Shown in pieces: positions 1-8,871 of a stretch of DNA of 64,000 nucleotides. The stretch is taken from the NCBI GenBank assembly GCA_963770835.1, contig CAVYRH010000026.1, forward strand, positions 768,001 through 832,000, written 5' to 3'. How positions within the stretch are numbered: position 1 is the first letter of the stretch; each line of letters starts with the position of its first letter. Origin of the DNA: an uncultured Pseudomonadota bacterium (lineage in GTDB: Bacteria; Oederibacteriota; Muellerivitia; Muellerivitales; Muellerivitaceae). The translations under genes and the position numbers were made by a program. A model generated the notes under the pieces. The model had not been told where the DNA came from. It saw only the letters and a list, made by a program, of their open reading frames with translations, and searched no databases.

Positions 1-640
1 CCTTGTGGGTGACCAGTTGGCAGGTTTCCTCGAATTGCAGGGAGTAGGGGGATTCCATGGCCATTTTGCGGGGAATACTGTGGGCCGTCAAAATCAACTC
101 GGCCCGGTGGCGGGCCTTTTCCGTGGCGGAAAGCTGGGCATAGGCCGCTTCGACGTTTTGGCCGATGGCGTTGATGAACCCGGGACGGTTGTGCCACTCA
201 GGAGCGTAGGTGATTTCAGGCAAGGGCAGGCCCTGTTCCTTGATGGACTCCAGGGCCTCGTCCACTTTTTTCACGTACTTGTCATAGGAAGCGGGGCTCC
301 GGTGGGGCGCCATGATGATGGCGAAGATTTTGGTTTTCCCCTGCCGGGCAAGGTTGACCAGGGTGTCGGCAATCCGTGGAGCGTAATGAGCGAAACCCAC
401 ATGGACCGGCATCTTCAGGCCCCTCGAACTTAAAATTTTTTGCAAGGCCTCGGCTTGGTCCCGGGTGAGGTGGTTATAAGGAGAAACGCCGCCAATTTGT
501 TCATATTGCTTGGCCACCAGCTTCAGGCGCTCGGGGGGGATGTTCCTGCCCGCTGTGACATCTTCCAGGAAGGGGACAACGTCTTCGGGTTTTTCGGGGC
601 CGCCGAAACCGATGAGTAGGACAGCGTCGAAGGATTTCAA
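1..640 (-). CDS. hemH: Ferrochelatase, partial (runs off window start)
   Basis: Not in the ORF track. Manual translation from TTG at 640: MKSFDAVLLIGFGGPEKPEDVVPFLEDVTAGRNIPPERL...YEQIGGVSPY, typical of a ferrochelatase N-terminus. Lies downstream of hemE. Confidence 0.9.
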   Translation of the reverse strand, partial: MKSFDAVLLIGFGGPEKPEDVVPFLEDVTAGRNIPPERLKLVAKQYEQIGGVSPYNHLTRDQAEALQKILSSRGLKMPVHVGFAHYAPRIADTLVNLARQGKTKIFAIIMAPHRSPASYDKYVKKVDEALESIKEQGLPLPEITYAPEWHNRPGFINAIGQNVEAAYAQLSATEKARHRAELILTAHSIPRKMAMESPYSLQFEETCQLVTHK

Positions 641-650
641 GAAAACCTTT

Positions 651-821
651 TCACCACAGAGTTCACGGAGTAAGGCAAAAGAATATTATGAAGATTTAGA
701 AAATAAAAGATTTAACTCTGTGACCTCTGTCCCACATGTCCTATTTGAAAGAGATTTTATGAAAATGTGGGACTATACCACCTTCGTTAACTCCCTTACG
801 GAAAGGTGGCATGTGGTTAAA
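651..821. repeat. Intergenic inverted repeat (CACCACAGAG...CTCTGTG...TGTGGT type) with nested hairpins
   Basis: Left arm TCACCACAGAGTTCACGGAG. Right arm CTCTGTGACCTCTGT...ATGTGGTTAAA is interrupted by hairpins at 729-773 and 778-809. Related copy at 14484-14555. Confidence 0.7.
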
Positions 822-826
822 GAGCC

Positions 827-2761
827 TCAGGGTTTCCAGTTGCGTACTGTATCGATCATGGCCCGCACATTATCCATGGGCGTCTGCGGCAGGATGCCGT
901 GGCCGAGATTGAAGATATGCCCCGGCTTTCCACCCGCCTGGCGGAGCACTTTTTCCGTTTCGATTCTCACTTTGTCGGGGTCGGTCAACAGTGCCTCCGG
1001 GTTCAAGTTGCCCTGGATGGCCACGTCGCCCAACTGTTTCCAGGCTTTGTCCAGGTCCACCCGCCAATCCACGCCGATGACCGTGGCCCCGGTATCCCTA
1101 AGCCAGGAATAAAAAGGGGCGGTTTGGGTGCCAAAGTAGATCAAGGGAATATCCGGCTTCAACCGTTTGAGGTGCAGGATGAGCAGTTTCAGGTAGGGAA
1201 GTGCCATGCGCTGGAATTCATCGGGCGAAAGGATGCCCACCCAAGAGTCGAAAAGCTGGATGGCTTGCGCTCCGGCGTCGACTTGGGCGTTCAGGTAGGA
1301 AACGGTGGCCGAAACCAGCTTTTTCATCAATTCGTCCCACACCTTGATATCCCCCATGACGGAGCGGGTGTGGTAATAGTCTTTCGAACCGCTGCCCTCT
1401 ATTAAATAAGAAGCCAGCGTGAAAGGGGCGCCGGCGAAGCCGATCAAGGGGATATGGGGTTTCAGGCCGGAACGGATCAATCGGACCGCCTGCATGACAT
1501 AGCCCATGTCGTAATCCCCGTCCACTTGGCGCAGGCGTTCCAGGTCCGCGGGCGTCCGGAAGGGATCGCGGATCACGGGCCCGCCGTTATCGGGGAATTC
1601 CAATTTGAACCCCAGGGGTTCGGCGATCAAAAGGATGTCGGCGAAAAGAATGGCGGCGTCCACGTCCAACGCCTCCTGGGCGGAGACGGTGACCTGGGCG
1701 GCCAGTTCGGGGGTCTTGCACAGCTCCATAAAGGAAACCCTGGCCCTTACCGCCCGGTACTCGGGGAGGTAGCGGCCCGCCTGCCGCATGATCCAAAGGG
1801 GCGTGCGGGGCGTGGGTTCCTTGCGGCAGGCCTTCATGAAGACGCTGTTTTGCATCGTAATAGGGATGGTCCGGGCGATCGAGGGCCGGACCCTGACGGT
1901 GGCTGCTTTCGTTTGGTGCAGTTCCGAGCATTTCTCGGAGGTTTCCTTGACCAGGAAGCCCATCTTGGGGTGCTCGGGCTCCAAGTCCACCGCCAAGCCG
2001 CAGTCCTTCAGGCCCTCGCTGCAGACGGACCCCACCGAGGCCACCACCATCCGGGAGAAAGCGTCTTTCACCCTTTCCTCCAAGCCGATTCCCTTGGCCA
2101 CCTGCAGGACGTTTTGGATCTGGTTGGCGCTGGTGAAAAGGGCCACCGCCACTTCGCCCGCCGCGATGGACTCGACCAGGTGGACCAGGGGCCGGGAGTC
2201 CTCGGGAAGGGCCCATTTGTAGACCGGAACGCTGATGACATCCTTGGCACCCCGCGCGCGCAAGGCATCGAGGAACTCGATGTTGGAAATGCCGTATTCT
2301 TGCACGGCGACCGTCAGCCCTTTCACCGGATGATTGTCATCCAAAGCCCCCAGAACTTCCCGCCAGGTATTGGGTTCGGGCACCACTACCGAGGGGCGCA
2401 TTTTTTTCTCCGTCAGCGCCTTCACCGACTTAGGGCCGCGCGCCACCAACACGGCATGCTTGAGGGCTTTTTGGATGCGGCTGGGGGCGTAGTGGGATTC
2501 CAGGGCGTCGAAGAGGATGCGGGTGCCCACGCCCGTCATGAAGATGATGACGTCCACGTTGCCCTGCTGGAGGCTTTCGAAAAACTGGAAGGCGGGCTTG
2601 TTCTCCGAAAGGGGGACTTCCCGCATGGAAGGTGCCACCTTGGGGACGCCCCCGTGGCGGATGATGAGGTCTTCCATTTCCTTGGCCATGCGGCTCTCGA
2701 AGGCCGCGACGGCTAGGCCCTCAAAGCCGTGTTTCTCGGTTTCGTTTTCGGTGGGGTTCAC
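827..2761 (-). CDS. hemE: Fused uroporphyrinogen-III synthase (HemD) / uroporphyrinogen decarboxylase (HemE)
   Basis: N-half HemD-like (FMTGVG, ARGPK, VPVYKW, FTSANQ). C-half has the UROD motifs WIMRQAGRYLPEY, LIGFAGAPFTLASY, QLFDSW, FNLGHGI. Confidence 0.92.
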   Translation of the reverse strand: MNPTENETEKHGFEGLAVAAFESRMAKEMEDLIIRHGGVPKVAPSMREVPLSENKPAFQFFESLQQGNVDVIIFMTGVGTRILFDALESHYAPSRIQKALKHAVLVARGPKSVKALTEKKMRPSVVVPEPNTWREVLGALDDNHPVKGLTVAVQEYGISNIEFLDALRARGAKDVISVPVYKWALPEDSRPLVHLVESIAAGEVAVALFTSANQIQNVLQVAKGIGLEERVKDAFSRMVVASVGSVCSEGLKDCGLAVDLEPEHPKMGFLVKETSEKCSELHQTKAATVRVRPSIARTIPITMQNSVFMKACRKEPTPRTPLWIMRQAGRYLPEYRAVRARVSFMELCKTPELAAQVTVSAQEALDVDAAILFADILLIAEPLGFKLEFPDNGGPVIRDPFRTPADLERLRQVDGDYDMGYVMQAVRLIRSGLKPHIPLIGFAGAPFTLASYLIEGSGSKDYYHTRSVMGDIKVWDELMKKLVSATVSYLNAQVDAGAQAIQLFDSWVGILSPDEFQRMALPYLKLLILHLKRLKPDIPLIYFGTQTAPFYSWLRDTGATVIGVDWRVDLDKAWKQLGDVAIQGNLNPEALLTDPDKVRIETEKVLRQAGGKPGHIFNLGHGILPQTPMDNVRAMIDTVRNWKP

Positions 2762-2789
2762 GGCATGCAGTATAAACCCAAAAAAGGCA

Positions 2790-2907
2790 TTTGAACCACT
2801 AAGGCACTAAGGGCACCAAGAAAAAATTAGAAGCTAAAAGATTTGGCTTTTTTTCAACCCCGGTTTTTCGTTGTACTTGGTGCCCTTAGTGCCCTTGGTG
2901 GTTCAAA
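2790..2907. repeat. Long inverted repeat built from 8-9 bp units
   Basis: TTTGAACCACTAAGGCACTAAGGGCACCAAG ... CTTGGTGCCCTTAGTGCCCTTGGTGGTTCAAA, with an AT-rich spacer. Confidence 0.85.
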
Positions 2908-2911
2908 AGTC

Positions 2912-3781
2912 TTAATGGGCCAGGTTGAGCTTGGGCGCCTCATCCAGGCATTCCACCTTGACCTCGAAATCCAATTTGGAAAGCGCGTCGGTTCCGCGGA
3001 AGGTGCCGGAAACCGGCGCGGCATCCTGCGGCTGGGGCCCGGCGGCTAGGGGTATATGCAGGTCGGCGGTGGCCAATCCCAAGCTGGGGTCGTATCCCCG
3101 CCAGCCCGCCCCCGGTAGGTAGATTTCGGCCCAGGCGTGCAAGTCCTGGGCGTCCTTGGAGCCGGGGTCAAACTTATAGCCGCTGACGAACCGGGCCGCC
3201 AGGCCCATGGCCCGGCAGAGGTCCACCAGCAGAACCGCCGTGTCGCGGCAGGCGCCTTCCCGCCGCCTCAAGGTCTTGTGGGCGGGCAGGGAATCCCCCT
3301 GGGGCCGGATGATGTGCTGGAACTCGCGGTGGATGTAGTCGGTGGCGTGGAAGAGGAAGTTGAGCGCGTTGTCGTCGCTTTCCCTCAAAAGCTCCTGGGC
3401 CAGGTTGGCCACCGAAGGGTCGGGGGTGGGTTTCAAATAGGAATTCAAGACCGAGTATTCGGAGCCGTATTTGGCGGGAAGGCGCAGGACCATAGGGTCG
3501 GTAATGAGGTAGTTGAAGGGATTGCTCAAGACCGTATTGACCTTGAAGTGGGTTTGCACCGCAAGGGTGGAATGTTTCCCCGTGAACCAGGCCAGCACCT
3601 CGTGGTTGTTGAAGAGGTCCAGCGATTCGGAAAGGCCCGTCGGTGCGGGGTCCACCAGCATTTCGAAGGATTCGAGCTTTTGGCTGAAGTCGGTGCGGGG
3701 CTTCAGCCGCAGGGAGGTAGGTTCCAGGAACACCTCCCGGCTGTAGGTGTAGCGCAGGTTATGTCTTACTTCAAACCGCAT
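2912..3781 (-). CDS. Transglutaminase-like protein with bacterial N-terminal domain
   Basis: GACRD (catalytic Cys), ARFVSGY, LHAWAEIY, GWRGYDP motifs. Start moved to the ATG at 3781 (MRFEVRH), which overlaps the upstream gene end. Confidence 0.9.
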   Translation of the reverse strand: MRFEVRHNLRYTYSREVFLEPTSLRLKPRTDFSQKLESFEMLVDPAPTGLSESLDLFNNHEVLAWFTGKHSTLAVQTHFKVNTVLSNPFNYLITDPMVLRLPAKYGSEYSVLNSYLKPTPDPSVANLAQELLRESDDNALNFLFHATDYIHREFQHIIRPQGDSLPAHKTLRRREGACRDTAVLLVDLCRAMGLAARFVSGYKFDPGSKDAQDLHAWAEIYLPGAGWRGYDPSLGLATADLHIPLAAGPQPQDAAPVSGTFRGTDALSKLDFEVKVECLDEAPKLNLAH

Positions 3782-4523
3782 GGCTTTCCCCCCACATGCG
3801 GGGCAGCTGCCCCAAGGCATCCTTGGCCCAATCGGAGGGGCAAAGCTCCACGGTTTCACGCACGCGCTTCCTCCACCAGTCGGTGACCTCTTTCAGGTCA
3901 TGTTGTTCGTAGTGGGTCTCGGTCATGCGATGGGTGCCCTTACGGTAAAGCACCATGTCGATGGGGAAGTCCACGTCGGTGGCGCTGGTGCGGGTGGCCT
4001 CGAAGGCCAGGTAACCGACCTTCATGGCCACTTCCAGGGTGGACTCATAGTGCAGGGCCCGGTCGAGCAAGGGTTTGCCATAGCTCGACTCGCCGATGAC
4101 GTAATAGGGCGTGCTTTCGGTCACCTCCACCCAGTTGCCCTGGGGGTAGATGAGGTAAAGCTTGTGCTCCGCGTCGTGCGCCAGCTGGCCCCCCATGATG
4201 GAAAAAAGGTTGAAGCCATAGCCAGCTTCCTCCAGGGCCGCCTTATCCTCCTTGATGACCCGCCTCACCTGCTCGGCGAAGACATTCACCGCGTTATAGA
4301 GATGGTGGTAGGGCTCTCTGTCCTCCTCCAGGCGCTCGTTGAAATAAGTGAGGGACTTGTCCCGCGCCGAGCGCAGGCCGGAAGTCATCAGGAAAAAGGC
4401 GCGGCCGCCGCTCTGGTGCAGGGAAACCTTGCGGCCAGTGATCTGCTCGGTGCCGCTGGTGATGCGGGTGTCGGCCAGGGCCACCAGCCCTTCTTTTACT
4501 TTCATGGCGAGGCAAAAGGTCAT
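3771..4523 (-). CDS. Proteasome-type (Anbu) Ntn protease
   Basis: Starts MTFC... (Thr nucleophile after Met removal); ADTRITSG, LYLIYPQGN, IGESSYGKPLLDR; operon context. Confidence 0.88.
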   Translation of the reverse strand: MTFCLAMKVKEGLVALADTRITSGTEQITGRKVSLHQSGGRAFFLMTSGLRSARDKSLTYFNERLEEDREPYHHLYNAVNVFAEQVRRVIKEDKAALEEAGYGFNLFSIMGGQLAHDAEHKLYLIYPQGNWVEVTESTPYYVIGESSYGKPLLDRALHYESTLEVAMKVGYLAFEATRTSATDVDFPIDMVLYRKGTHRMTETHYEQHDLKEVTDWWRKRVRETVELCPSDWAKDALGQLPRMWGESHAV

Positions 4524-5530
4524 TGTTGCTCCTTCCTTTCTATGGGTACTTCTGTTACGGGCTCGGGAGCCTGGTCCACCACGGGGGAAGCCGAGAAATA
4601 AATGATAGAAAGGGCTTCTCCTAGGTTGTTCATCTTGGATTCAAAGGCATCCAAATATTCGTGCAGACCGGCGGCGACGATGCCGCCGATGTCGGTGTAG
4701 TCCAGTTCGGCCTTCAGGCGGCCCAACTGCTGTTCGGCCGGGTTGGCGTAAGTGCCGGAGGGCGAGCCGGTAATGGCCCTCAAGGATTGCTCGGACTGGA
4801 TGAGGCAGTAGCGCATGGAGCGGGGGAATTCCCGGTCTAGGATGAGGAATTCGGCCACTTTAATGTGCTGGAGGCGCCCATGTTTCTTGCGGTACATCTC
4901 GCTGGCGCTGGCGGATTTCAGGAGTGCCGTCCAGAGGATGTCGTCGTAAGGCGTGCCCACGTCCTCCACCTTGGGCAGGAGGATGAAGTATTTCACGTCC
5001 AGGATACGGGCGGTCTTGTCAGCCCGTTCCATGAGCCGGCCCATATTAAAGAAGTGCCAGGCCTCGCCGTGGGAAAGGGTGGCGTCGGTCACACCCGAAA
5101 AAAGGTGGCTGAGCATCTTCACGTTGCGGCAGAAGGTCTCGAGGGATTCCATACCCACCCCCGGCTTGTGCGCCATACCCTGCACCATCAGGTAGAAGGT
5201 ATTGAGCTGTTCCCACATTTCGCTGGATATGATTTCCCGCATGGTGCGGGCGTTTTCCCTGGCCTTTTGGAGGCTGGAGTAGATGGAATTGGGGTTTTCC
5301 GTGTCAAACATGAGGAACTGGATGACGTTATCGCTGGTGAAGTCGCCGAAACGAAGCTGGAAGTCCTTCTCATCGCCCGTGGTCACCACCAAGGGCTGCC
5401 ATTGCTGGTCGCCGCTTAAAGGCGTATCCAGGATGAGGTTCAAGTTCACCCCGATGAAGCGGGCCACGTTCTCAGCCCGCTCCACGTAGCGCCCAGTCCA
5501 GTAAAGGGATTCCGCGAGTCGGCTTAACAT
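4520..5530 (-). CDS. Alpha-E domain protein
   Basis: MLSRLAESLYWTGRYVERAENVAR, ARENAR..REIISSEMWE, ERADKTARILDVKY, FPRS motifs. Confidence 0.92.
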   Translation of the reverse strand: MLSRLAESLYWTGRYVERAENVARFIGVNLNLILDTPLSGDQQWQPLVVTTGDEKDFQLRFGDFTSDNVIQFLMFDTENPNSIYSSLQKARENARTMREIISSEMWEQLNTFYLMVQGMAHKPGVGMESLETFCRNVKMLSHLFSGVTDATLSHGEAWHFFNMGRLMERADKTARILDVKYFILLPKVEDVGTPYDDILWTALLKSASASEMYRKKHGRLQHIKVAEFLILDREFPRSMRYCLIQSEQSLRAITGSPSGTYANPAEQQLGRLKAELDYTDIGGIVAAGLHEYLDAFESKMNNLGEALSIIYFSASPVVDQAPEPVTEVPIERKEQQ

Positions 5531-5531
5531 G

Positions 5532-6992
5532 TCAATTGCTCCTGGCTTTTAGCACCGGGGGTTCCTCCAAAACCCAGGTGTCTTTGCTGCCCCCGCCTTG
5601 GGAGGAATTGACCACCAGCGACCCCTTCTTCAGGGCCACCCGTGTGAGGCCCCCGGGCAGGACGTAGATGTTCCGTCCGTAGAGGACGTAGGGCCGTAGG
5701 TCCACGTGCCGCCCCTCGAAATGGTCGTCCACGATCACGGGAACCCGGGAAAGGGCCAGGGTGGGCTGGGCGATGTAATCGCGGGGGTTGGCCTCGATCA
5801 TGCGGGCGAACCTTTCCTGTTCGGCCTTGGAAGAATGGGGCCCCACCAGCATGCCGTAGCCACCCGCCTGATTGACAGCTTTCACCACCAGCTTGTCCAA
5901 GTTGTCCAACACGTACTTGCGCTGGGATTCCTCCCAGCAGACAAAGGTGGGGACGTTGGGAAGGATGGGGTCCTGCTGCAAATAATATTTAATCATTTGG
6001 GGGACGTAGGCGTAGATGCCCTTGTCGTCGGCAATGCCCGTGCCCACGGCGTTGGCGAGCGACACCCGGCCTTTCCGGTAAGCCTCCATCAGTCCGGGCA
6101 CGCCCAATGTGGAATCGGACCTGAAGGCCATTGGGTCGATGAAGTCGTCGTCCACCCGCCGGTAAATGACGTCCACCTTTTCCAAACCCTTGGTGGTGCG
6201 CATCATCACGTAGCCGTCCACCACCGCCAGGTCGCGTCCCTCCACCAACTGGGCCCCCATTTGCCGGGCCAGGTAGGCGTGCTCGTAATAGGCGGAGTTG
6301 TAGGGGCCGGGGGTCAGCACCACCACGCGGGGTCCCTCCACGCCCTCGGGGGCCACGTAACGCATGACGTCCAATAACCGCAGGGGGTAATCATCCACCG
6401 GTTTGACCTTCATGGCCTGGAAGGCCTGGGGCAGGGTGCGCTTCAAAACGTTGCGGTTCTCCAAGACATAGGAGACACCCGAGGGGCAGCGCAGGTTGTC
6501 CTCCAGCACGTAGTAGCGGCCGTCCTTGTCCCGAACCAGGTCCGTGCCGGTGATGTGGATCCAGACCCGTTTGGCGGGCTTCAAACCCACGCACTGCCGG
6601 CGGAAGCCGAAGGAGGTCGTTACCATTTCCTTCGGGATGGTCTTGTCGTTGAGGATCCGCTGGCCGTGGTAGATGTCATCGATGAAAAGGTTGAGCGCCT
6701 GGATGCGCTGGATGAGCCCCTTCTCGATAACCTGCCATTCGGGGTTGGGCACCACGCGGGGAATGATGTCGAAGGGAAAAATTTTTTCCGTCCCGTCCTT
6801 ATTGCCGTAGACCGTAAAGGTGATTCCCATATTCAGGAACTCGGACTCGGCGGCCTTTTGCTGGCGGGTCAGGTCCCCGGTGGGCATGGACTTCAGCCGG
6901 TCGATCAAAGGGGCGACGCTTTTGCGGGGTAGTCCGCTGTTTTCGAAAAGCTCGTCGTAAAAGACATCGGTTTGGTAGTTTTCAAAGTTCAT
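5532..6992 (-). CDS. Circularly permuted type 2 ATP-grasp protein
   Basis: GITFTVY, VLEDNLRCPSGVSY, VDVIYRRVDD, GGYGM, RHVDLRP, NSSQGGGSKDTWV motifs. Confidence 0.94.
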   Translation of the reverse strand: MNFENYQTDVFYDELFENSGLPRKSVAPLIDRLKSMPTGDLTRQQKAAESEFLNMGITFTVYGNKDGTEKIFPFDIIPRVVPNPEWQVIEKGLIQRIQALNLFIDDIYHGQRILNDKTIPKEMVTTSFGFRRQCVGLKPAKRVWIHITGTDLVRDKDGRYYVLEDNLRCPSGVSYVLENRNVLKRTLPQAFQAMKVKPVDDYPLRLLDVMRYVAPEGVEGPRVVVLTPGPYNSAYYEHAYLARQMGAQLVEGRDLAVVDGYVMMRTTKGLEKVDVIYRRVDDDFIDPMAFRSDSTLGVPGLMEAYRKGRVSLANAVGTGIADDKGIYAYVPQMIKYYLQQDPILPNVPTFVCWEESQRKYVLDNLDKLVVKAVNQAGGYGMLVGPHSSKAEQERFARMIEANPRDYIAQPTLALSRVPVIVDDHFEGRHVDLRPYVLYGRNIYVLPGGLTRVALKKGSLVVNSSQGGGSKDTWVLEEPPVLKARSN

Positions 6993-7028
6993 GGCGTGTT
7001 CCTTCCTTGTTTATTTATGCCTGTTAAA

Positions 7029-7045
7029 AGCAATAACAAGGCCAA
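7029..7045 (-). promoter_or_regulatory. Putative sigma54 (-24/-12) promoter of the ATP-grasp/Anbu operon
   Basis: Minus strand reads TTGGCCTTGTTATTGCT = GG-N10-GC, about 37 bp upstream of the ATG at 6992. Confidence 0.65.
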
Positions 7046-7201
7046 TGAGAAAGCCCGAAATTGGGGCTAATTTAGGGTTTTTTTTGGGAAGGACTGTAAA
7101 CAATTTTGGGAAGGGCAAACAATATTGTCGGCGGGACAATGGCTGTTGTTTCCGCCGGGAAATGACCTGATCCTTTAAGATGACCTCGCAAAGGGGCGGC
7201 C

Positions 7202-7777
7202 ATGAGAAAATTGGTTTTTCTTTTATTGAAAGGCGTTGGCCTGGGTTTGGGTGTCGGTCTTTGCCTGACGGGAGCCGTGGGGCTTCTCTACCAGGTGGTC
7301 CATAGCGGCAAACCCGGATTTTCGGCGGGCCATGCTCTGGTTTACCTTTTCATTGTCGGCGGGTTAATGGGAATCGTCGCGGGTTGGATATTGGCCCTGC
7401 AAATGATCCTGGAAAACCTGCTTGCCGCCTTGTTCCTGAAAGTCGCCGACCTAGTGCCACTGCCCGCCCAAATGGTGGGGGAGGAATGGGCCAAGAAAAT
7501 GGAAGACTTCTTCCGGGAGATCATCAAGCCCTTTCCGGGATTTTTCCGGAAATTCATCGAGTGGATTTTCATCCTGCGCTTTGAGGATTACGGACGAATC
7601 AACCGGGCCTTGGATAACGCGAAGCGGAAGGGGCATGCGGAAAGGCCCACCACGCATTGGGTTTTGATGGTGATCTTGCATTACCTGCTGGAGCCGCTCT
7701 GGATATTCTTTTACGCGGCCTATGGTATCCTTTTGCTCTTAAGTTGCATTTTGTGGAGCTTAGTGTTTTTTAGGTAA
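7202..7777 (+). CDS. Hypothetical membrane protein
   Basis: 191-aa ORF with three hydrophobic segments; no family recognised. Confidence 0.7.
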   Translation: MRKLVFLLLKGVGLGLGVGLCLTGAVGLLYQVVHSGKPGFSAGHALVYLFIVGGLMGIVAGWILALQMILENLLAALFLKVADLVPLPAQMVGEEWAKKMEDFFREIIKPFPGFFRKFIEWIFILRFEDYGRINRALDNAKRKGHAERPTTHWVLMVILHYLLEPLWIFFYAAYGILLLLSCILWSLVFFR

Positions 7778-7794
7778 GTTCCGGGGAAATCGAA

Positions 7795-8841
7795 ATGAAC
7801 AAATATATTTTCGGTAGTCTTTTTCTATTTATGCCAGGATTACTTCATCCAAATGATTGCCCGCAACCTCACACTGGCTCAACCATGAAACTATTGGTTA
7901 CTAACTCGGACATGATTGTTGCAAAGGAAGAGGCGGCCAAAGAAGGTAAAAATGCCGTAGTTTTAAGTGAGGTGTTGAAAAGGTTGGGATATACAACAAA
8001 AGAAAGCCAAGAAAAATTTGCCAGCCAGATTAAAGCTGACACGGGGCTAGATAAAAATCCTGACTATCAAAACATGGCAGTGGATGCATTTGACCTCTCC
8101 CTTTATGGCGATACATCCCTGACCAGTAATCTTTTCATTTTGATGGTTGGAGATTCCTTCGATTCTGAATATTATTATTACTTTTTCCAAAAGAACGGAA
8201 ATAACTATAGCCTTATTAAAAAAGACCCGATTGAAAGTTATTCCAAATATTGTGGTTCGTTTCCCGATAACTACTCTTATGAAGGTAAAGATTATGTTGT
8301 GCTAGTTGGTTCTGGAGGAGGAACGGGTGTTTTGATTTGTGACGCGGAGCTTTATGAAGTTAGTAAAAATAGCGTTAGTAAGATTTTAGAATATACCTTT
8401 TCAGGCCATAGTTTCCCATGGAGACTTGATGAAGAGTTTGCTGCTGGACCAATTACTATTTTTTCCAATAGCTTTGGAAAAACCCTTCAAATGCCTTTTA
8501 AAGTGAGTTTTTGTGTGTATGGTGAAGGGAATCCACAACCTCAAATAGAATTGTTTAGTAAGACTTATACTTTAAATTACGATTGGAGCTTCTTTCATCA
8601 ATCCTATGTATTAAATGCGGCTTCCTCGGGGATTACTTTTAACGTAGAAAAAGATGCTGATTTATATGGATTGGCCTCTACAGTTGTTTTCAAACGATAT
8701 TACGATGAACTAAATAATATTGCTCAGAATGGCAACCCTGCCCAAAAACAGTGGCTTCGTGATTTTTTGGCAGATGATGAAATGAATTCTTTGAAAAACA
8801 CCGCCGATGTAAAACGCCTCGAAAGCTTCTTGGGAAAATAA
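7795..8841 (+). CDS. Hypothetical exported protein, AT-rich
   Basis: 348-aa ORF with a signal-like N-terminus; much lower GC than its neighbours. Confidence 0.7.
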   Translation: MNKYIFGSLFLFMPGLLHPNDCPQPHTGSTMKLLVTNSDMIVAKEEAAKEGKNAVVLSEVLKRLGYTTKESQEKFASQIKADTGLDKNPDYQNMAVDAFDLSLYGDTSLTSNLFILMVGDSFDSEYYYYFFQKNGNNYSLIKKDPIESYSKYCGSFPDNYSYEGKDYVVLVGSGGGTGVLICDAELYEVSKNSVSKILEYTFSGHSFPWRLDEEFAAGPITIFSNSFGKTLQMPFKVSFCVYGEGNPQPQIELFSKTYTLNYDWSFFHQSYVLNAASSGITFNVEKDADLYGLASTVVFKRYYDELNNIAQNGNPAQKQWLRDFLADDEMNSLKNTADVKRLESFLGK

Positions 8842-8871
8842 TTTTTAACCGAAAACGAGTTAGGGCCTTTT

